Part shown: positions 53,301-64,000 of the stretch, piece after piece
How the letters are laid out: each line of letters opens with the position of its first letter
Numbering within the stretch: position 1 is the stretch's first letter
From: Eledone cirrhosa
Lineage: Eukaryota
Length of the DNA: 64,000 nucleotides
Direction of reading: 5' to 3'
Assembly (NCBI GenBank): GCA_964016885.1
Contig: OZ024745.1
Span: 1,922,001-1,986,000 of the forward strand
Made by a program: the position numbers and the translations under genes
Notes under the pieces: model-generated
Told to the model about the DNA's origin: nothing
The model's database searches: none
Seen by the model: the letters and a program-made list of their open reading frames with translations, nothing else

Positions 53301-56300
53301 GTATACTGTAACATGTATACAATACATGTAGACACATTGGTTATAGAGAAAGGTATACTGTAACATGTATAAAATACATGTAGACACGTTGGTTATAGAG
53401 AAAGGTATACTGTAACATGTATAAAATACATGTAGACACGTTGGTTATAGAGAAAGGTATACTGTAACATGTATACAATACATATAGACACATTGGTTAT
53501 AGAGAAATGTAAACTGTAACATGTATACAATATATGTAGACACATTGGTTATAGAGAAAGGTATGCTGTAACATGTATACAATATATGTAGACACATTGG
53601 TTATAGAGAAAGGTATACTGTAACATGTATACAATATATGTAGTCACATTGGTTATAGAGAAAGGTATACTGTAACATGTATATAATACATATAGACACA
53701 TTGGTTATAGAGAAAGGTATACTGTAACATGTATACAATACATGTAGACACATTGGTTATAGAGAAAGGTAAACTGTAACATGTATACAATATATGTAGA
53801 CACATTCGTTATAGATAAAGGTATACTGTAACATGTATATAATACATGTAGACACATTGGTTATAGAGAAAGGTATACTATAAAATGTATACAATATATC
53901 TAGACACATTGGTTATAGAGAAAGGTATACTGTAACATGTATACAATATATGTAGACACATTGGTTATAGAGAAAGGTATACTGTAACATGTATATAATA
54001 CATGTAGACACATTGGTTATAGAGAAAGATATACTGTAACATGTATACAATATATGTAGACACATTGGTTATAGAGAAAGGTATACTATAACATGTATAC
54101 AATATATGTAGACACATTGGTTATAGAGAAAAGTATACTGTAACATGTATACAATACATGTAGACACATTGGTTATAGAGAAAGGTATACTGTAACATGT
54201 ATATAATACATGTAGACACATTGGTTATAGAGAAAGGTAAACTGTAACATGTATAAAATACATGTAGACACATTCGTTATAGAGAAAGGTATACTGTAAC
54301 ATGTATACAATACATGTAGACACATTCGTTATAGAGAAAGGTATACTGTAACATGTATATAATACATGTAGACACATTGGTTATATAGAAAGGTATACTG
54401 TAACATGTATACAATACATGTAGACACATTGGTTATAGAGAAAGGTATACTGTAACATGTATAAAATACATGTAGACACGTTGGTTATAGAGAAAGGTAT
54501 ACTGTAACATGTATAAAATACATTTAGACACGTTGGTTATAGAGAAAGTTATACTGTAACATGTATACAATAGATATAGACACATTGGTTATAGAGAAAG
54601 GTAAACTGTAACATGTATACAATATATGTAGACACATTGGTTATAGAGAAAGGGATGCTGTAACATGTATACAATATATGTAGACACATTGGTTATAGAG
54701 AAAGGTATACTGTAACATGTATACAATATATGTAGTCACATTGGTTATAGAGAAAGGTATACTGTAACATGTATATAATACATATAGACACATTGGTTAT
54801 AGAGAAAGGTATACTGTAACATGTATACAATACATGTAGACACATTGGTTATAGAGAAAGATATACTGCAACATGTATACAAAATATGTAGACACATTGG
54901 TTATAGAGAACGGTAAACTGTAACATGTATATAATACATGTAGGCACATTGGTTATAGAGAAAGGTATACTGTAACATGTATACAATAAATGTAGACACA
55001 TTGGTTATAGAGAAAGGTAAACTGTAACATGTATACAATATATGTAGACACATTCGTTATAGAGAAAGGTATACTGTAACATGTATATAATACATGTAGA
55101 CACATTGGTTATAGAGAAAGGTATACTGTAAAATGTATAAAATATATGTAGACACATTGGTTATAGAGAAAGGTATACTGTAACATGTATATAATACATG
55201 TAGACACATTGGTTATATATAAAGGTATACTGTAACATGTATACAATATATGTAGACACGTTGGTTATAGATAAAGGTAAACTGTAACATGTATATAATA
55301 CATGTAGACACATTGCTTATAGAGAAATGTATACTGTAACATGTATACAATACATGTAGACACATTCGTTATAGAGAAAGGTATACTGTAACATGTATAC
55401 AATATATGTAGACACATTGGTTATAGAGAAAGGTAAACTGTAACATGTATACAATACATGTAGACACATTCGTTACAGAGAGAGGTATACTGTAGCATGT
55501 ATATAATACATGTAAACACATTCGTTATATAGAAAGGTATACTGTAACATGTATACAATACATGTAGACACATTGGTTATAGAGAAAGGTAAACTGTAAC
55601 ATGTATACAATACATGTAGACACATTGGTTATAGAGAAAGGTATACTGTAACATGTATAAAATACATGTAGACACGTTGGTTATAGAGAAAGGTATACTG
55701 TAACATGTATATAATACATGTAGAAACATTGGTTATAGAGAAAGGTATACTGTAACATGTATACAATACATATAGAGACATTGGTTATAGAGAAAGGTAA
55801 ACTGTAACATGTATACAATATATGTAGACACATTGGTTATAGAGAAAGGTAAACTGTAACATGTATACAATATATGTAGACACATTAGTTATAGAGAAAG
55901 GTATGCTGTAACATGTATACAATATATGTAGACACATTGGTTATAGAGAAAGGTATACTGTAACATGTATACAATATATGTAGACACATTGGTTATAGAG
56001 AAAGGTATACTGTAACATGTATATAATACATATAGACACATTGGTTATAGAGAAAGGTATACTGTAACATGTATACAATACATGTAGACACATTGGTTAT
56101 AGAGGAAGGTATACTGTAACATGTATATAATACATGTAGACACATTGGTTATAGAGAAAGATATACTGCAACATGTATACAAAATATGTAGACACATTGG
56201 TTATAGAGAACGGTAAACTGTAACATGTATATAATACATGTAGGCACATTGGTTATAGAGAAAGGTATACTGTAACATGTATACAATAAATGTAGACACA

Positions 56301-59300
56301 TTGGTTATAGAGAAAGTTAAACTGTAACATGTATACAATATATGTAGACACATTCGTTATAGATAAAGGTATACTGTAACATGTATATAATACATGTAGA
56401 CACATTGGTTATAGAGAAAGGTATACTGTAAAATGTATACAATATATCTAGACACATTGGTTATAGAGAAAGGTATACTGTAACATGTATACAATATATG
56501 TAGACACATTGGTTATAGAGAAAGGTATACTGTAACATGTATACAATATATGTAGACAACTGGTTATAGAGAAAGGTATACTGTAACATGTATACAATAT
56601 AGGTAGACACATTGGTTATAGAGAAAGGTATACTGTAACATGTATATAATACATGTAGACACATTGGTTATAAAGAAAGATATACTGTAACATGTATACA
56701 ATATATGTAGACACATTGGTTATAGAGAAAGGTATACTGTAACATGTATATAATACATGTAGACACATTGGTTATATAGAAAGGTATACTGTAACATGTA
56801 TACAATACATGTAGACACATTGGTTATAGAGAAAGGTATACTGTAACATGTATAAAATACATGTAGACACGTTGGTTATAGAGAAAGGTATACTGTAACA
56901 TGTATAAAATACATGTAGACACGTTGGTTATAGAGAAAGGTATACTGTAACATGTATACAATACATATAGACACATTGGTTATAGAGAAATGTAAACTGT
57001 AACATGTATACAATATATGTAGACACATTGGTTATAGAGAAAGGTATGCTGTAACATGTATACAATATATGTAGACACATTGGTTATAGAGAAAGGTATA
57101 CTGTAACATGTATACAATATATGTAGTCACATTGGTTATAGAGAAAGGTATACTGTAACATGTATATAATACATATAGACACATTGGTTATAGAGAAAGG
57201 TATACTGTAACATGTATACAATACATGTAGACACATTGGTTATAGAGAAATATATACTGCAACATGTATACAAAATATGTAGACACATTGGTTATAGAGA
57301 ACGGTAAACTGTAACATGTATATAATACATGTAGACACATTGGTTATAGAGAAAGGTATACTGTAACATGTATACAATAAATGTAGACACATTGGTTATA
57401 GAGAAAGGTAAACTGTAACATGTATACAATATATGTAGACACATTCGTTATAGAGAAAGGTATACTGTAACATGTATATAATACATGTAGACACATTGGT
57501 TATAGAGAAAGGTATACTGTAAAATGTATACAATATATGTAAACACATTGGTTATAGAGAAAGGTATACTGTAACATGTATATAATACATGTAGACACAT
57601 TGGTTATATATAAAGGTATACTGTAACATGTATACAATATATCTAGACACGTTGGTTATAGATAAAGGTAAACTGTAACATGTATATAATACATGTAGAC
57701 ACATTGCTTATAGAGAAATGTATACTGTAACATGTATACAATATATGTAGACACATTCGTTATAGAGAAAGGTATACTGTAACATGTATACAATACATGT
57801 AGACACATTGGTTATAGAGAAAGGTAAACTGTAACATGTATACAATATATGTAGACACATTCGTTATAGATAAAGGTATACTGTAACATGTATATAATAC
57901 ATGTAGACACATTGGTTATAGAGAAAGGTATACTATAAAATGTATACAATATATCTAGACACATTGGTTATAGAGAAAGGTATACTGTAACATGTATACA
58001 ATATATGTAGACACATTGGTTATAGAGAAAGGTATACTGTAACATGTATATAATACATGTAGACACATTGGTTATAGAGAAAGATATACTGTAACATGTA
58101 TACAATATATGTAGACACATTGGTTATAGAGAAAGGTATACTATAACATGTATACAATATATGTAGACACATTGGTTATAGAGAAAAGTATACTGTAACA
58201 TGTATACAATACATGTAGACACATTGGTTATAGAGAAAGGTATACTGTAACATGTATATAATACATGTAGACACATTGGTTATAGAGAAAGGTAAACTGT
58301 AACATGTATAAAATACATGTAGACACATTCGTTATAGAGAAAGGTATACTGTAACATGTATACAATACATGTAGACACATTCGTTATAGAGAAAGGTATA
58401 CTGTAACATGTATATAATACATGTAGACACATTGGTTATATAGAAAGGTATACTGTAACATGTATACAATACATGTAGACACATTGGTTATAGAGAAAGG
58501 TATACTGTAACATGTATAAAATACATGTAGACACGTTGGTTATAGAGAAAGGTATACTGTAACATGTATAAAATACATTTAGACACGTTGGTTATAGAGA
58601 AAGTTATACTGTAACATGTATACAATAGATATAGACACATTGGTTATAGAGAAAGGTAAACTGTAACATGTATACAATATATGTAGACACATTGGTTATA
58701 GAGAAAGGGATCCTGTAACATGTATACAATATATGTAGACACATTGGTTATAGAGAAAGGTATACTGTAACATGTATACAATATATGTAGTCACATTGGT
58801 TATAGAGAAAGGTATACTGTAACATGTATATAATACATATAGACACATTGGTTATAGAGAAAGGTATACTGTAACATGTATACAATACATGTAGACACAT
58901 TGGTTATAGAGAAAGATATACTGCAACATGTATACAAAATATGTAGACACATTGGTTATAGAGAACGGTAAACTGTAACATGTATATAATACATGTAGGC
59001 ACATTGGTTATAGAGAAAGGTATACTGTAACATGTATACAATAAATGTAGACACATTGGTTATAGAGAAAGGTAAACTGTAACATGTATACAATATATGT
59101 AGACACATTCGTTATAGAGAAAGGTATACTGTAACATGTATATAATACATGTAGACACATTGGTTATAGAGAAAGGTATACTGTAAAATGTATAAAATAT
59201 ATGTAGACACATTGGTTATAGAGAAAGGTATACTGTAACATGTATATAATACATGTAGACACATTGGTTATATATAAAGGTATACTGTAACATGTATACA

Positions 59301-62300
59301 ATATATGTAGACACGTTGGTTATAGATAAAGGTAAACTGTAACATGTATATAATACATGTAGACACATTGCTTATAGAGAAATGTATACTGTAACATGTA
59401 TACAATACATGTAGACACATTCGTTATAGAGAAAGGTATACTGTAACATGTATACAATATATGTAGACACATTGGTTATAGAGAAAGGTAAACTGTAACA
59501 TGTATACAATACATGTAGACACATTCGTTACAGAGAGAGGTATACTGTAGCATGTATATAATACATGTAAACACATTCGTTATATAGAAAGGTATACTGT
59601 AACATGTATACAATACATGTAGACACATTGGTTATAGAGAAAGGTAAACTGTAACATGTATACAATACATGTAGACACATTGGTTATAGAGAAAGGTATA
59701 CTGTAACATGTATAAAATACATGTAGACACGTTGGTTATAGAGAAAGGTATACTGTAACATGTATATAATACATGTAGAAACATTGGTTATAGAGAAAGG
59801 TATACTGTAACATGTATACAATACATATAGAGACATTGGTTATAGAGAAAGGTAAACTGTAACATGTATACAATATATGTAGACACATTGGTTATAGAGA
59901 AAGGTAAACTGTAACATGTATACAATATATGTAGACACATTAGTTATAGAGAAAGGTATGCTGTAACATGTATACAATATATGTAGACACATTGGTTATA
60001 GAGAAAGGTATACTGTAACATGTATACAATATATGTAGACACATTGGTTATAGAGAAAGGTATACTGTAACATGTATATAATACATATAGACACATTGGT
60101 TATAGAGAAAGGTATACTGTAACATGTATACAATACATGTAGACACATTGGTTATAGAGGAAGGTATACTGTAACATGTATATAATACATGTAGACACAT
60201 TGGTTATAGAGAAAGATATACTGCAACATGTATACAAAATATGTAGACACATTGGTTATAGAGAACGGTAAACTGTAACATGTATATAATACATGTAGGC
60301 ACATTGGTTATAGAGAAAGGTATACTGTAACATGTATACAATAAATGTAGACACATTGGTTATAGAGAAAGTTAAACTGTAACATGTATACAATATATGT
60401 AGACACATTCGTTATAGATAAAGGTATACTGTAACATGTATATAATACATGTAGACACATTGGTTATAGAGAAAGGTATACTGTAAAATGTATACAATAT
60501 ATCTAGACACATTGGTTATAGAGAAAGGTATACTGTAACATGTATACAATATATGTAGACACATTGGTTATAGAGAAAGGTATACTGTAACATGTATACA
60601 ATATATGTAGACAACTGGTTATAGAGAAAGGTATACTGTAACATGTATACAATATAGGTAGACACATTGGTTATAGAGAAAGGTATACTGTAACATGTAT
60701 ATAATACATGTAGACACATTGGTTATAAAGAAAGATATACTGTAACATGTATACAATATATGTAGACACATTGGTTATAGAGAAAGGTATACTGTAACAT
60801 GTATATAATACATGTAGACACATTGGTTATATAGAAAGGTATACTGTAACATGTATACAATACATGTAGACACATTGGTTATAGAGAAAGGTATACTGTA
60901 ACATGTATAAAATACATGTAGACACGTTGGTTATAGAGAAAGGTATACTGTAACATGTATAAAATACATGTAGACACGTTGGTTATAGAGAAAGGTATAC
61001 TGTAACATGTATACAATACATATAGACACATTGGTTATAGAGAAATGTAAACTGTAACATGTATACAATATATGTAGACACATTGGTTATAGAGAAAGGT
61101 ATGCTGTAACATGTATACAATATATGTAGACACATTGGTTATAGAGAAAGGTATACTGTAACATGTATACAATATATGTAGTCACATTGGTTATAGAGAA
61201 AGGTATACTGTAACATGTATATAATACATATAGACACATTGGTTATAGAGAAAGGTATACTGTAACATGTATACAATACATGTAGACACATTGGTTATAG
61301 AGAAATATATACTGCAACATGTATACAAAATATGTAGACACATTGGTTATAGAGAACGGTAAACTGTAACATGTATATAATACATGTAGACACATTGGTT
61401 ATAGAGAAAGGTATACTGTAACATGTATACAATAAATGTAGACACATTGGTTATAGAGAAAGGTAAACTGTAACATGTATACAATATATGTAGACACATT
61501 CGTTATAGAGAAAGATATACTGTAACATGTATATAATACATGTAGACACATTGGTTATAGAGAAAGGTATACTGTAAAATGTATACAATATATGTAAACA
61601 CATTGGTTATAGAGAAAGGTATACTGTAACATGTATATAATACATGTAGACACATTGGTTATATATAAAGGTATACTGTAACATGTATACAATATATCTA
61701 GACACGTTGGTTATAGATAAAGGTAAACTGTAACATGTATATAATACATGTAGACACATTGCTTATAGAGAAATGTATACTGTAACATGTATACAATACA
61801 TGTAGACACATTCGTTATAGAGAAAGGTATACTGTAACATGTATACAATATATGTAGACACATTGGTTATAGAGAAAGGTAAACTGTAACATGTATATAA
61901 TACATGTAGACACATTCGTTATAGAGAAAGGTAAACTGTAACATGTATATAATACATGTAGACACATTGGTTATATATAAAGGTATACTGTAACATGTAT
62001 ACAATATATCTAGACACGTTGGTTATAGATAAAGGTAAACTGTAACATGTATATAATACATGTAGACACATTGCTTATAGAGAAATGTATACTGTAACAT
62101 GTATACAATACATGTAGACACATTGGTTATAGAGAAAGGTATACTGTAACATGTATACAATACATATAGACACATTGGTTATAGAGAAAGTTAAACTGTA
62201 ACATGTATACAATATATGTAGACACATTCGTTATAGATAAAGGTATACTGTAACATGTATATAATACATGTAGACACATTGGTTATAGAGAAAGGTATAC

Positions 62301-64000
62301 TGTAAAATGTATACAATATATCTAGACACATTGGTTATAGAGAAAGGTATACTGTAACATGTATACAATATATGTAGACACATTGGTTATAGAGAAAGGT
62401 ATACTGTAACATGTATACAATATATGTAGACAACTGGTTATAGAGAAAGGTATACTGTAACATGTATACAATATAGGTAGACACATTGGTTATAGAGAAA
62501 GGTATACTGTAACATGTATATAATACATGTAGACACATTGGTTATAAAGAAAGATATACTGTAACATGTATACAATACATGTAGACACATTGGTTATAGA
62601 GAAAGGTAAACTGTAACATGTATACAATACAGGTAGACACATTCGTTATAGAGAAAGGTACATTGTAACATGTATATAATACATGTAGACACATTGGTTA
62701 TATAGAAAGGTATACTGTAACATGTATACAATACATGTAGACACATTGGTTATAGAGAAAGTTATACTGTAACATGTATAAAATACATGTAGACACGTTG
62801 GTTATAGAGAAAGGTATACTGTAACATGTATACAATACATATAGACACATTGGTTATAGAGAAAGGTAAACTGTAACATGTATACAATATATGTAGACAC
62901 ATTGGTTATAGAGAAAGGTATACTGTAACATGTATATAATACATATAGACACATTGGTTATAGAGAAAGGTATACTGTAACATGTATACAATATATGTAG
63001 TCACATTGGTTATAGAGAAAGGTATACTGTAACATGTATATAATACATATAGACACATTGGTTATAGAGAAAGGTAAACTGTAACATGTATACAATATAT
63101 GTAGTCACATTGGTTATAGAGAAAGGTATACTGTAACATGTATATAATACATATAGACACATTGGTTATAGAGAAAGGTATACTGTAACATGTATACAAT
63201 ACATGTAGACACATTGGTTATAGAGAAATATATACTGCAACATGTATACAAAATATGTAGACACATTGGTTATAGAGAACGGTAAACTGTAACATGTATA
63301 TAATACATGTAGGCACATTGGTTATAGAGAAAGGTATACTGTAACATGTATACAATAAATGTAGACACATTGGTTATAGAGAAAGGTAAACTGTAACATG
63401 TATACAATATATGTAGACACATTCGTTATAGAGAAAGGTATACTGTAACATGTATATAATACATGTAGACACATTGGTTATAGAGAAAGGTATACTGTAA
63501 AATGTATACAATATATGTAAACACATTGGTTATAGAGAAAGGTATACTGTAACATGTATATAATACATGTAGACACATTGGTTATATATAAAGGTATACT
63601 GTAACATGTATACAATATATCTAGACACGTTGGTTATAGATAAAGGTAAACTGTAACATGTATATAATACATGTAGTCACATTGCTTATAGAGAAATGTA
63701 TACTGTAACATGTATACAATACATGTAGACACATTCGTTATAGAGAAAGGTATACTGTAACATCTATACAATATATGTAGACACATTGGTTATAGAGAAA
63801 GGTAAACTGTAATATGTATATAATACATGTAGACACATTCGTTATAGAGAAAGGTATACTGTAACATGTATACAATACATGTAGACACATTCGTTACAGA
63901 GAAAGGTATACTGTAGCATGTATATAATACATGTAAACACATTGGTTATATAGAAAGGTATACTGTAACATGTATACAATACATGTAGACACATTGGTTA
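38390..64000. repeat. 52-bp satellite (ACATGTATACAATACATGTAGACACATTGGTTATAGAGAAAGGTA(T/A)ACTGTA)n, roughly 490 units, open at the right edge
   Basis: Period read directly (ACACATTGG at 38411, 38463, ...). Variant monomers recur in kb-scale blocks. Confidence 0.98.

Overview
Repeat-dominated, gene-poor animal DNA. The SINE types and microsatellite load suggest a cephalopod or octopus-like mollusc, but this is an inference. About 83% of the window is tandem repeat: a ~17.8 kb (GGT/GAT)n array, an ~8.4 kb 26-bp satellite, a ~1.5 kb 33/44-bp minisatellite and a >25.6 kb 52-bp satellite running off the right end. The three large arrays show kb-scale higher-order duplications. Between them lie a near full-length but disabled Penelope-like retroelement (RT plus C-terminal GIY-YIG, CxCx5C linker, next to (TA)n), several tRNA-derived SINEs (two with clear TSDs), three copies of an (ATGT)n-tailed non-coding retroposon (one 5'-inverted), a CRE-like endonuclease relic and a hAT-like end. 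The most notable signal is a complete minimal type I hammerhead ribozyme on the minus strand (35968-36051). It sits inside a ~55-bp inverted repeat, within a ~300-bp island bounded by (TA)n. No host gene is confidently seen, and the very long ORFs in the track are repeat artefacts.
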